Shown piece after piece: positions 1 to 12,430 of a stretch of DNA of 64,000 nucleotides. A program made the translations under genes and the position numbers. The first letter of the stretch is position 1; each line of letters opens with the position of its first letter. The stretch comes from Octopus sinensis (lineage: Eukaryota), in assembly GCF_006345805.1 (NCBI RefSeq), contig NC_043026.1, positions 8,122,001 to 8,186,000 on the forward strand, written 5' to 3'. The notes under the pieces are model-generated. The model was not told where the DNA came from. It made no database searches and saw only the letters and a program-made list of their open reading frames with translations.

Positions 1-615
1 CAAACGGATTAAGTCATTACATCATCGACCCCAGTGCGTAACTTGTACTTAATTTATCGGAGAGTTGGCAGAATCGTTAGCACGCCGGGCGAAATGCTTA
101 GCGGTATTTCGTCTGCTGTTACATTCTGAGTTCAAATTCCACCGAGGTCGACTTTGCTTTTCATCCTTTCGGGGTCGATTAAATAAGTACCAGTTACGCA
201 CTGGGGTGGATATAATCGACTTAATCCGTTTGTCTGTCCTTGTTTGTCCGCTCTGTGTTTAGCCCCTTGTGGGTAATAAAGAAATAGGTACTTAATTTAT
301 CGGAGAGTTGGCAGAATCGTTAGCACGCCGGGTGAAATACTTAGCGGTATTTCGTCTGCCGTTACATTCTGAGTTCAAATTCCACCGAGGTCGACTTTGC
401 CTTTCATCCTTTCGGGGTCGATTAAATAAGTACCAGTTACGCACTGGGGTCGATATAATCGACTTAATCCGTTTGTCTGTCCTCTCTGTGTTTAGCCCCT
501 TGTGGGTAGTAAAGAAATAGGTACCTAATTTATCGACCCCCGAAAGGATGAAAGGCAAAGTTGACCTCTGCGGCATTCAGACACAGAACGTAGCAACAGG
601 CGAAATACTGCTTCT
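1..615 (+). mobile_element. array of SINE family C (tRNA-derived head, central GCCTTTCATCCTTTCGGGGTCGAT domain)
   Basis: two sense copies plus inverted partial copies; B-box-like gagttcaaattcc; central domain recalls the Meta SINE domain (from memory, unverified). Confidence 0.8.
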
Positions 616-640
616 ACCAGCTCGCAGCCTCAATGATATA

Positions 641-677
<37 letters not shown>

Positions 678-698
678 TCATAATATGATAAGATAAGA

Positions 699-981
699 TA
701 TGACAAGTTAGCTTTGGAGGTTAAGCAGTTGTGGTCAATGAAAAATGTAGCAGTAGTACCAATAATTGTTGGAGCCCTGGGAACAGTGAGCAAAAATCTC
801 GAGAAATGCGTGGAACAAATAGGGGCTGCAATAAGGGTGGAGCACTTGCAGAAAACAGCACTGCTTGGAACCGCTTGAATACTCCGGAAGGTGCTGGAAA
901 AATGAGAGGTGTTACCTTAGTTCACTGGTAGTGAACAGCTGACACTGTAGTACATCTCCAGCATTAGAAGCTGTGCAAAGC
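699..981 (+). mobile_element. R4/Dong-type (restriction-like endonuclease) non-LTR retrotransposon 3' fragment
   Basis: YDKLALEVKQLWSMKNVAVVPIIVGALGTV...LQKTALLGTA*ILRKVL, flanked by (AAT)n. Confidence 0.75.
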
Positions 982-1254
982 AATAATAATAATAATAATC
1001 TTTTCTGCTATAGGCACAAGGCCTGAAATGGGGGGGGAGCTAGTCAATTACCTTGACCCCCAATGTACAAGTGATATGGCATTCTTTCGATATAACTCGA
1101 CAAAAATCAAGCCATTTCACTTTGGGTATTTTCCGTGGAAGCAAATGACAGTTCGATTCTGTTTTCTGCTTGGAAATTTGCGGATTTTACACACACACAT
1201 GAACCAGGCAAGAACAAATGTACAAGGCTTTTTTTTTCTTCAAGTTTAAAATGA

Positions 1255-1697
1255 GACATTGCAGGCATAATTTCGTTATATCTATACTCCACAACCCAGG
1301 GAAATACCCTAAGTGAAATGTTTTGATTTTGTTGAGTTTCAAACTCCACCCGTCTAACACCTGTGGACATATCTACAAAGTCAGAAAACAGCACAGCTCC
1401 CATGACTTTCGGAAACATTTTTTCACGCTGAGAGTTGCTGAAGCATGGAACAAACTGCCTGCATCAGTTGTTAGTTGTCGGAGCACTGCATCCTTCAAAA
1501 CTTCCATGCTTTCTGAGATTCGCCAACACTACACCTGATTTTCTCCCCTCCATACACACACAAGCACGTATCTGACTCATACATTGTTCGTTACCCAGAC
1601 ATTTGTACATTACTGCATATTCTTTATATGCACTTTTGACAAGTTGTGGTGCACCTGAGCACTGTATACAATAATTTCATTATTATTATTATTATTA
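1255..1697 (+). mobile_element. CR1/L2-group LINE 3' fragment
   Basis: TCGHIYKV...RKHFFTLRVAEAWNKLPASVV, then 3' UTR and (ATT)n tail. Confidence 0.85.
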
Positions 1698-2036
1698 TTT
1701 TATATCGAAAGAATACCACTGGTACTAATTTTATTGACCTCGAAAGGGCGAAAAGCAAAGTCAACCTCAACGGAATTTGAACTCAGAACGTGAAGACGTA
1801 TGAATTACTGCTCGGCATTTCGCCCAAATGCGAGGCCTCTGACGTGCGTTTCCACGAATCACATTAAAAAAATATTTATAAATCTCATTGTTATTATTAC
1901 TACATTTATATCGGTACAGCTCGGTGCAACCCAAAAAGAAATCCGGTTCACTAAGCTTCATGGGACTCAATAGAATAGCAGTTTTTATTTGCATATTCAA
2001 AATATTCGCCGTAAACAAATTTAAAAGATATATATA

Positions 2037-2090
<54 letters not shown>

Positions 2091-2240
2091 ATATATATAT
2101 AATATATATATATATATAGGCATATATATATATATGAGTTAATTTTGTCTTCGGATGAGCAGTTCGTGAAGCTACGACTTTTGTGCATTCGAAATCATAT
2201 ATCACTCTATGACCAGATATATATGTGTGTGTGTGCGTGT

Positions 2241-2530
2241 GGAGGCGCGATGGCCCAGTGGTTAGGGCAGCGGACTCGCGGTCGTAGGATCGCGGTTTCG
2301 ATTCCCAGACCGGGCGTTGTGAGTGTTTATTGAGCAAAAACACCTAAAAGATCCACGAAGCTCCGACAGGGCGTGGTGGCGATCCCTGCTGTACTCTTTC
2401 ACCACAACTTTCTTCTGTTGGCCTCCTAGCTTAGCCAGCGGGGTGGCGTCATTCAAAGGCTAAAAACAATGCAAACGCACTGTGACCAGCGATGTGTAAC
2501 AACATCTGATGGTCTGGTCGATCACATGAT
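2241..2530 (+). mobile_element. SINE family B, short-tail variant (tRNA-like head)
   Basis: ggaggcgcgatggcccagtggttagggcagcggactcgcgg...ggtttcgattccc A/B boxes; similar copy at 14270-14577 (-). Confidence 0.8.
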
Positions 2531-2589
2531 ATATATATATATATAACAATAATAAATCTCTGAGCGAGGTATAAACAGTAACTACTCTT

Positions 2590-2786
2590 TAATATAAGCG
2601 GGATCAGCCATCTGAATGTGGCTAGGGACAGGGCGGGGTGGTGGGGGTGTTACTGATGCATTTAGCCCCAGGGGGTGTCGGCTCTTCTAGTGACGTCTAT
2701 AGTCGCCTGGGGCTAAATGCATCAGTAACACCCCCACCACCCCGCCCTGTCCCTAGCCACATTCAGATGGCTGATCCCGCTTATAT

Positions 2787-2788
<2 letters not shown>
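2590..2788. repeat. perfect 83-bp inverted repeat with 33-bp spacer
   Basis: arms 2590-2672 and 2706-2788 are exact reverse complements; preceded by the terminal sequence of the 19562 family. Confidence 0.9.
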
Positions 2789-2828
<40 letters not shown>

Positions 2829-3770
2829 GCCATAAAAATTTTATAAACTTTCAAGAAAACGTAAAATACTTCTCTTATGGGATGATGGATTTCAAATATT
2901 TACACGGCATTATCTAAAGCCTTGTCTGCGCTTCGAGATCCACTATTCCCCAAAAAATTCTACATAAGTGACACTGGGCCAGTGTCTTCCAATACAGCCT
3001 CGGGACTTTTCAGTGAATTTGGAAGACGGAAGCCGAAAGCCCGTTGTGTACGAGTGTATATATATATATGTATACTTTATTTTAAGCAGCAGAAAATTCA
3101 ACAAAATTCAACAGATTTTCTGCTGCTTAAATAAAGCATATTACTCTACCACTGGTATTTGAGTACTCTTTTTTCCACCTTGTTTCACATTTATGTGTTT
3201 ACTCCGGTATATATATATATGTATATATATATGTGTGTGTGCATGCATGCATGTATGAATGTATGTATGTTTTTGTGTTTGACCCCTTACCACTGCTTGA
3301 CAATCGGTGTTGTTTGTTTACGTTCCCCTAACTTAGCGGTTCGGAAAAGGGGACCAACAGAACAAGTACCAGGCTTAGAAAAATAGGCACTGGGGGTCGA
3401 TTTGTTAGACTAAACCCTAGGCTATAGATTCAATAAATGAAAATAAATGAAAGCTACTGTGCACACACACGAAAACAATGGCCGAAGCTAAGATTTACAA
3501 AAGAAAAAAAATATTTCTAAACATCTGGGGTTGAGTAAAATACTGAAACACCACCCAAATTAAGACATAAACAGGCAAAATGTTAAAACTCACATAAAAA
3601 ATCTCCTGGCTTCGGCATCAACTCTCCATATTTTTCTACGAACCTTTTTCTCCTTTTTTTTTTTTTGTGAAATAATTTCAAGTATTTTTCTTTTAAGTAA
3701 GTATTTAAAAAAGCAGTCGATAAATCAAAGAAGGGTATTTAGTAAAGTCAATGTAATTTATCACAATACA

Positions 3771-4150
3771 TTTGATAATAATGTCAATATTTTTGTTGCT
3801 TTTGAATTTCTCCTTCACCTGCTAAACGTATGTCATTGGGAATAATTTGAAATAATTCCAAAGAAAATTCCAATAAAAGACGTGTAAAATAAAGAAGATG
3901 CATCAAAAAAGAAATTTCAGTGAAATCAACATTGTTTGTCAGAGGTTATTTGATAATAATGTCGATATTTTTGTTGCTTTTGAATTTCTTCTTCACCTGC
4001 TAAACGTATGTCATTGGGAATAATTTGAAATAATTCCAAAGAAAATTCCAATAAAAGACGTGTAAAATAAAGAAGATACATCAAAAAAGAAATTTCAGTG
4101 AAATCAACATTGTTTGTCAGAGGTTATTTGATAATAACGTTGATATCAAT
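3771..4150. repeat. 178-bp near-identical tandem duplication (~2.1 copies)
   Basis: gataataa at 3774, 3952 and 4130. Confidence 0.9.
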
Positions 4151-4519
4151 GTTGCTTTTGAGCTTCTGATCCGTCTAGCAGACATATTGTTTTTATGGCA
4201 GAAGACAGAAATAGAGAGAGGGAAAGAGAGAAAGAGCGAATAGGTATATAAGTTCTACTTACACACACTTTGTGAATATATATATATATATATGTATATG
4301 CCTATATATATTTATATTTATATTTATATATATATATATTCGGTAAAAGCGCTTCTGTCACTTGAAATTCATTGCTCTGGTGAAAACGTTATAGAAGGCT
4401 TTCATCTATGTATAGACACGAATGATATAACAAGTGTCGTTGATAAATATTCAATGTCACCTTACAGTTGATAGCAAATATCAACCTGGATAATGAGTAA
4501 CATTTTCTTGATATTTTTT

Positions 4520-5150
4520 TTTTCTTTGTCAGCACGAAGCAAAATTTATGAACCCCGTAGGAAACGAAACGAAATTACTATCGATACTCTTTATAAAACG
4601 AAACTTAAAAATCAACAGTTTATATTTTATATTTCTTTATTCTTTTTTTTTTTTTTACTTTAAATAAAACACCGCAGCGGAATTTCACGTTCTGCGTTTT
4701 CTACGAATATTTAAATTTATTTATTTCAGAAGGCAAAACCGATTCACAAAAGAGCAAACGTTATCAACTCTTAAATCCCGCCAAAGTAAACTTACTAGTG
4801 AACCCTCCAGAACCTATACAATAAGGTTCCATTTATACGTAAAAATAAAACCTAGACCTAATTTAATCAAGTATTTTCTCAACAATATGGGCCTATAATA
4901 GATATATTAGATATATTGGCCGCTTGTCTTATATAAGGTTACCCGGCGTGCGCTGATTGATTTATCGATCTTACCTACAAGTAAAGAACTATTGAGCTAC
5001 TTTAGCGTACTTTGGGTTTACCGCAGTACCGAACACTACGCAATGAAATGACGTGATTGTGGGTCAGGATTAGTGTTGGACTGCGCCATAAAAATGTAAA
5101 TGGCCTGGTGGACAGCAATATACGCGCGCGAACGACTGTGTATGTGTATA
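4520..5150 (-). promoter_or_regulatory. candidate promoter and non-coding first exon
   Basis: non-repetitive, locally CpG-rich; TATCGATA 4579-4586, TTTGGCGGGA (E2F-like) 4785-4776, TGACGT near 5049; TAG|GTAAGA donor at 4975/4974. Confidence 0.3.
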
Positions 5151-5198
5151 CATGTATGTATGAATGTATGCATGTATGCATGTATGTATGTATGTATA

Positions 5199-5236
<38 letters not shown>

Positions 5237-5422
5237 GAATAAGGGTTTTTTTGCAACAAGTTGCTTAAACCACATACCGAAAATATTAGAAATAGCAGCC
5301 AAAAAACTACTATTTCTTTTACTACAAAAATAAGTCTCCACAGACATACAATATTTGTAACTCACATACACACACATACATACATACATATATATATATT
5401 ATACATATATATATATATATAT

Positions 5423-5480
<58 letters not shown>

Positions 5481-5677
5481 CTTCTCTAGGAGTATATTGG
5501 ATATATGTTATCCCATGGAGGGTTGAAGTTACAACCCCTATCTAATTTTATAATATATATATATATATATATATATACCGAGTAAGCAAATAAATGTGAA
5601 ACAAGGTGGAAAAAAAGAGTACTCAAATACCAGAGGTAGAGTAATATGCTTCATTTAAAAGTAGCAGAAATATAACA

Positions 5678-5723
5678 AAAGCTGTTACTCGGAGTTTCAC
5701 GTTCCTGTTCGTCGGACAGCTTT
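5678..5723 (-). ncRNA. type I hammerhead ribozyme fold, C4 core variant
   Basis: AAAGCUGU CCGACGA AC-AGGAAC-GU GAAAC UCCGA GUA^ACAGCUUU: 8-bp stem I, 2-bp stem II, quasi-palindromic stem III. Confidence 0.7.
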
Positions 5724-5795
5724 GTTGAAATATTTTAACCCCGAGTAACAGCTTTTGTTATATTTCTGCTGCTTTTAAATAAAGTATATATATAT

Positions 5796-5954
5796 AGGAG
5801 TGGCTGTGTGGTAAGTAGCTTGTTTACCAACCACATGGTTCTGGGTTCAGTCCCACTGCGTGACACCTTGGGCAAGTGTCTTCTACTATAGCCTAGGGCT
5901 GACCAATGCCTTGTGAGTGGATTTGGTAGACAGAACTGAAAGAAGCCTGTCGTA

Positions 5955-6051
<97 letters not shown>

Positions 6052-6432
6052 GTGTGTTTGTGTGTCTGTGTTTGTCCCCCTAGCATTCTTGACAACCGAT
6101 GCTGGTGTGTTTATGTCCCTGTCACTTAGCGGTTCGGCAAAAGAGACCGATAGAATAAGTACTGGGCTTACCAAAGAATAAGTCCCGGGGTCAAGTTGCT
6201 CGATTAAAGGTGGTGCTCCAGCATGGCCGCAGTCAAATGAATGAAACAAGTAAAAGAGTATATATATATAGGCACAGGAGTGGCTGTGTGGTAAGTAGCT
6301 TGCTAACCAACCACATGGTTCCGGGTTCAGTCCCGCTGCGTGGCATCTTGGGCAAGTATTTTCTGCTATAGCCCCGGGCCGACCAATGCCTTGTGAGTGG
6401 ATTTGGTAGACGGAAACTGAAAGAAGCCTGTC

Positions 6433-6471
<39 letters not shown>

Positions 6472-6695
6472 TATATATATAATATATATATATATATTAT
6501 AATATATATGTATGTGTGTGTTTGTGTGTCTGTGTTTGTCCCCCTAGCATTGCTTGACAACCGATGCTGGTGTGTTGTTTATTCCCCGTCAATTAGCGGT
6601 CGGCAAAAGAGACCGATAGAATAAGTACTGGGCTTACAATAGAATAAGTACTGGGCTCGACTAAAGGCGGTGCTCCAGCATGGCCGCAGTCAAAT
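5796..6695 (+). mobile_element. two adjacent copies of SINE family A (tRNA head, CORE-like gcaccttgggcaagtg, internal (TA)n(TG)n, gtaaaaga tail)
   Basis: A box tggctgtgtggt, B box ggttcagtccc; further copies at 11240-11645, 12705-12975, 15625-16012, 50534-50945, 51284-51680, 52115-52503, 53997-54430, 60987-61388. Confidence 0.85.
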
Positions 6696-6696
6696 G

Positions 6697-7290
6697 TGTC
6701 ATCTCTTGTGAAAGGTAGGAGAGTCCAGTTTGCTGGACATTGTTGTAGAGCTGAAACAAGGCAATTTCTACTCTTCTCCTCTGGAAAACATCTGCTCGTG
6801 ATACCAGAGGGTGCACACCCTCCTACCCTGATGTAATCTCCAGGGATACAGGCATCCAACAACAGGACCTCCATAATGCCATGATGGACCGTGAAGTCTG
6901 GTGTAGCATGGTAAATTCCATTGTCTCGACCACGGTCGAACAATGATGATGATGATGAATATATATATAATATATATATATATAATATATATATATAATA
7001 TATATATATATATATACATACATATCATCTCTTGTGAAAGGTAGAGAGTCCAGTTGCTGGACATTGTTTAGAGCTGAAAACGAGGTAATTTCTGCTCTTC
7101 TCCTCTGGAAGCCATACTTCTCTAATAAATACCAGAGGGCGCACACTCTCCTACCCTGATGTAATTTCCAGGGATACAGGCATCCAGCAACAGGACCTCT
7201 GTAATGCTATAGTGGACCATGAAGTCTGGTGTAACATAGTAAATTCCATTGTCTCGACCACGGTTGAACAATGAATGAAGTGAATGAATT
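6697..7290 (+). mobile_element. two copies of an RTE-type LINE 3' end separated by (TA)n
   Basis: RRVQFAGHCCRAE...LLLWKP...LSYPDVISRDTG...AMMDREVW; (GAT)n and (GAAT)n tails. Confidence 0.75.
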
Positions 7291-7340
7291 TCCTAAGCCG
7301 GAACAACAAACACTAAACATACCATACATTTCATGCTAAG

Positions 7341-8303
7341 AGTTGCTGAAGCATGGAACAAACTGCCAGCATCAATTGTTAGTTGTCGGAGCACTGCATC
7401 CTTCAACACTTCCATGCTTCCTGAGATTTGCCAACACTACACCTGATACAGCATGTATCTTCCCAGACATTTGTACATTGCTGCATATACTCTATACGCA
7501 CTTTCTGACAAGTTGTGGTGCACCTGAGCACTGTATACAATAATTTTGTTATTATTATTATTATTAAGAAATGAGGAAAGGAGACATCAATGTGGTCACT
7601 CTATATGCTAGAAATAATAGCCTAAATATAGTAAGAAAAGGGTTACTATAATCTCATGCTTTCTGAGATTCGCCAACACTACACCTGGACTCATACACTG
7701 TTCGCCTCCCAGACATTTGTACATTACTGCAGATGCTTTATACGCACTTTCTGACAAGTTGTGGTGCACCAGAGCACTGTATACAATAATTTCATTATTA
7801 TTATTATTATTAAGAAATGAGGAAAGGAGACCTCAATGTGGTCACTCTATATGCTAGAAATAATAGCCTAAATATAGTAAGAAAAGGGTTACTATAATCT
7901 CATGCTTTCTGAGATTTGCCAACACTACACCTGGACTCATACACTGTTCACCTTCCAGACATTTGTACATTACTGCATATACTTTATACGCACTTTCTGA
8001 CAAGTTGTGGTGCACCAGAGCACTGTATACAATAATTTCATTATTATTATTATTATTAAGAAATGAGGAAAGGAGACCTCAATGTGGTCACTCTATATGC
8101 TAGAAATAATAGCCTAAATATAGTAAGAAAAGGGTTACTATAATCTCATGCTTTCTGAGATTCGCCAACACTACACCTGGACTCATACACTGTTCGCTTC
8201 CCAGACATTTGTACATTACTGCAGATGCTTTATACGCACTTTCTGACAAGTTGTGGTGCACCAGAGCACTGTATACAATAATTTCATTATTATTATTATT
8301 ATA
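7341..8303 (+). repeat. 246-bp tandem array built from the CR1 3' UTR plus ~90 bp of flank
   Basis: catgctttctgagat at 7655, 7901 and 8147. Confidence 0.85.
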
Positions 8304-8669
8304 AGCATGGAAAAGTGGATGTTTAAACAACAATGATGATATACGAAGGGTTGTTGAAGAGTTCCTGACCTTAAGGGTATCTCAAAAGGTCTAGTTGGAG
8401 GCTGAACCTTTTGGGTTCTTTTACAGGGCTTAGAAAAACTGAAGGACTACTGCAATAAGTGTGTGAATCTGAGAGGAGAATATGTTGGATAAAGTTACAA
8501 TTAACTGATCCTCCTATGTTTTCTTTTATCGAGAGTTGCTGAAGCATGGTATAAAAACTGCCAGCATCAGTTGTTAGTTGTCGGAGCACTGCATCCTTCA
8601 AAACTTCCATGCTTCCTGAGATTCGCCAACACTACACACCTGATCTTCTCCCCTCCATACACACGCAAG

Positions 8670-8769
8670 NNNNNNNNNNNNNNNNNNNNNNNNNNNNNNN
8701 NNNNNNNNNNNNNNNNNNNNNNNNNNNNNNNNNNNNNNNNNNNNNNNNNNNNNNNNNNNNNNNNNNNNN
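8670..8769. other. assembly gap (100 N)
   Basis: run of N. Confidence 1.
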
Positions 8770-9021
8770 TAGCATTGCTTGACAACCGATGCTGGTGGTG
8801 GTTATGTCCCCGTTACTTAGCGTTCGGCAAAAAAAAGACCGATAGAATAAGTACTGGGCTTACAAAGAATAAGTCCCTGGGTCGAGTTCTCGACTAAAGG
8901 CGGTGCTCCAGCATGGCCGCAGTCCAATGACTGAAACAAGTAAAGAGAGAAAGAGATATATAAATGTTGACCGCGTGTGTACCGTTGACGATTTTTTTTC
9001 CTGGATCTTTCCTTTTCCTAT

Positions 9022-9056
9022 GTTTCCGACAAAGAGCTCTGCTCGAAACGTTAAAC
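9022..9056 (+). ncRNA. minimal hammerhead, probably inactive copy (G8A without C3U)
   Basis: GUUU CCGACAA A GAGC-UCU-GCUC GAAAC GUU^AAAC inside a ~210-bp element (8960-9170) that also occurs at 40400-40610. Confidence 0.6.
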
Positions 9057-9164
9057 CCTCCTTCTTCCCTTCCTTCCTGAGCGTCCAATAATACTATATT
9101 TGTTCCACGTCCTCGCGTTGTTATGTTTTCTCTTTGTGCTTTCATGTTTGTATTAACTTTATAT

Positions 9165-9196
<32 letters not shown>

Positions 9197-9408
9197 TTAT
9201 ATATAATAATATTAAGGAATGGCCTTAATAGGCCATTCAACTCAAAGAGCAGCCAAAGTCAAACCGCTAAATAGTAGTAATTCAGAAATCAAAGGAAAAT
9301 TAAAAACATTTACCCTTATCATCTTTGGACTATGCATAGTTTCGACGTACTTTTTGGCAAACCATATATATATATATATGTATATATATATGTATGTATA
9401 TATATATA

Positions 9409-10170
9409 ACAGCAGTATCGCCCGGCATTGCTCAGATTTGTTTCGACCCTTTAGAATTGGAATTTTTGAAAAGTAAAGATTTTGCATTATATACCTTGTT
9501 ATTCTTTTTAAGTGAACATTTTTCTGGTTGAAATACACCAAAAAATGGAGACACAACAGTAAGAAAAATCATTAAAAAATAGGGATTTTCTTAGAAAAAA
9601 AAGCACCTTTTTGATGTAAATAATTTTTGGTGTTAACATGGTCCGATTTGAATTTTTTTCTTCTATGGAAGGAAGAGCAAGCCTTCTTCTATCATATTCT
9701 CAATTTTGGTCAACTTGTGCCTCAGGGTCTTGGAGAAGATAGTGTTAGTTGACGGCTACCAAACCTGCCATACAGAAAACTTCAGCTTTATATAGAGAGA
9801 GACTTGCAGTATCGCCCAGCGTTGCTCGGGTTTGTTTTCTTTTCGACCCTTTAGAATTGGAATTTTTGAAAACAAAATTTTGCATTATGTATCTTGTTTT
9901 TCTGGTTGAAATACACCGAAAAATGGCGACACAGCAGTCAAAACATCATAAAAAATAGGGATTTTCATAGAAAAAGAGCACCTTTTTTGATGTAAATAAT
10001 TTTTGGTGTTAACATGGTCCGATTTGAATTTTTTTCTTCTATGGAAGGAAGAGCAAGCCTTCTTCTATCGTACTTTCAATTTTGGTCAACTTGCACCGCA
10101 GGGTCTCGGAGGAGATAGTGTTAGTTGAAGGCTACCAAACCTGCCATATACAGACAACTTCAGCTTTATT
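9409..10170 (-). mobile_element. two tandem non-autonomous Helitron-like copies
   Basis: each carries the reverse complement of the same 3' hairpin and a degenerate CTAG; internal sequence differs from the 21121 element. Confidence 0.7.
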
Positions 10171-10275
10171 TATATATATATATAAATATGTAGATCAGAA
10201 ATGGAAAAGCAAAACAATAAACTAAGCAAATATAAATTCAATTTAAATATTCTGTACAAACAAATGATACATCTC

Positions 10276-10370
10276 GTAAATTACAGCTGTTTCCACTTCA
10301 TTAATGAAACAAAGTTTATTAAGACTAATCAAATCCATTTAAATATGTAATGATGTTTCATCAGATTAAC
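10276..10370 (-). ncRNA. type I hammerhead with extended stem II
   Basis: GUUAAU CUGAUGA A ACAUCAUUA...UAAUGAAGU G GAAAC AGCU GUA^AUUUAC; canonical core, palindromic stem III ACAGCUGU. Confidence 0.65.
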
Positions 10371-10566
10371 ATACTTAACTATTTGACGAAAAATTTCAAA
10401 TGAAAATATTTATAATTTCTAAATCTTTTCAAAGATGCTATGTGAATGAACTTATTTTACACCTAGCCAAACTGATATGTATGTGTGTGTGTGTGTGTAG
10501 AACGCCGTGATAGATTGTTAGCTCCTACACGCATTTTTTTCTCTCCTTGTTTTTTGTCTGTGTATC

Positions 10567-10600
10567 TTTCTGTCGAAGAGCGTAGGCTCGAAACGTAAAA
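10567..10600 (+). ncRNA. minimal hammerhead, U6 core variant
   Basis: UUU CUGUCGA A GAGC-GUAG-GCUC GAAAC GUA^AAA in a ~210-bp element (10490-10700). Confidence 0.55.
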
Positions 10601-10719
10601 AACTTTTTCTATTTCTATTCCTGAGCACCATACTAATACATTTGTTGTTTGTACTCCACCTGCCTTCATATTTGTTTGATTTCGTAACCTTCCCGTTATA
10701 TATATGTATATAAATATAT

Positions 10720-10763
<44 letters not shown>

Positions 10764-11659
10764 GTGTGTATATATATATATATATGTGGTGTGTATATAT
10801 GTGTGTATATATATAATATATGTGTGATTATATATATATATATGTGTGTATGATATGTGTGTATATATATATATATATGTGTGTATAGATATTATTGTAT
10901 GTTGTATATATATTATGTATATATTATATATATGTGTGTGTGTATATATATATGTTATATATATATATATGTGTGTGTATATATATATGTATATATATAT
11001 ATATGTGTGTGTATATATATATGATATATATATATATGTGTGTGATATATATATGTAATATATATATATATGTGGGTATATATATGTATAATATATATAT
11101 GTGTGTTGTATATATATATGTATATATATATATATGTGTGGTGTATATATATATGTATATATATATATGTGTGTGTATATATATATGTATATATATATAT
11201 GTGTGTGTATATATATATATATGTATATATATTATAGAAGCAGGAGTAGTTATGTGGTAAGAAGCTTGCTTCCCAACCACATGGTTCTGGGTTCAGTCCC
11301 ACTGTGTGGCACCTTAGGCAAGTGTCTTCTACTAAAGCCAGGGACCAACCAATGCCTTATGAATGTATTTCGTAGATGGAAACTGAAAGAAGCTCATTGT
11401 ATATCTGTGTGTGTGTGTTTGTGTTTTTGTGTCTGTCCACCCCCACCCCCAGTACAACACACATGCTTGACAACCGGTGCTGGTCTGTTTATGTCCCCAT
11501 AATGCAACAGTCTGGCAAAAGTGATTGACAAAATAATTTCCAGGTTTTAAAAAAAAGTAAGTACTGTGGTTGATTCTTTCGGCTAGATATTCAGTGCCCC
11601 AGCATGGCCAGAGTCCAATGACTGAACCAAGTAAAAGATAAAAGATGTATCGAAATAGA

Positions 11660-11793
11660 TAGATAGCTATAATCTATTTGTCTATCTATCTTCCTGTACC
11701 TATCTATCTATCTATCTATCTATCTATCACCTGTCCAGCTATCTGCCCATTTATCTATCAATCTATCTATCTTTCTGTCTGTCTGTCTGTCTC

Positions 11794-11848
<55 letters not shown>

Positions 11849-11923
11849 CTATCTGTCTGTTTGTCTATCTATCTTTCTTTCTGTCTGTCTTTCTATTTGC
11901 CTATCTATCTGTCTATCTATCTT

Positions 11924-11979
<56 letters not shown>

Positions 11980-12045
11980 CATCTATCTATCTATCTGTCT
12001 GTTTGTCTATCTATCTTTCTGTCTGTCTGTCTCTCTGTCTCTCTC

Positions 12046-12086
<41 letters not shown>

Positions 12087-12327
12087 TATATCTATCTATC
12101 TGTTGGCTCTGTCTGTCTGTCTGTCTGTCTGTCGGTCTCTCCTCTCTACTCTCTATCTACTATCTATCTATTATCTATCTATCTATCTAAATCTATCAGT
12201 CTGTCTGTCGGTCTGTCTCTCTCTATCTATCTATCTATCTTCTGTCTGTCTGTCTGTCTGTCTATCTGTCTGTCTGCCTGTTCTTTTGTTTGTCCATCTA
12301 TCTGTCTGTTTGTCTCTCTGTCTGTCC

Positions 12328-12403
<76 letters not shown>

Positions 12404-12430
12404 GTCTGTCTGTCTATCTGATTGCTTGTC
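11660..12430. repeat. (TATC)n/(TGTC)n/(TC)n compound microsatellite
   Basis: direct reading. Confidence 0.95.

Noticed and set aside
2241-2320. tRNA-like sequences (also 5796, 33525 and other SINE heads)
   Set aside because: They have A/B boxes but no complete cloverleaf and run into SINE bodies; not tRNA genes.
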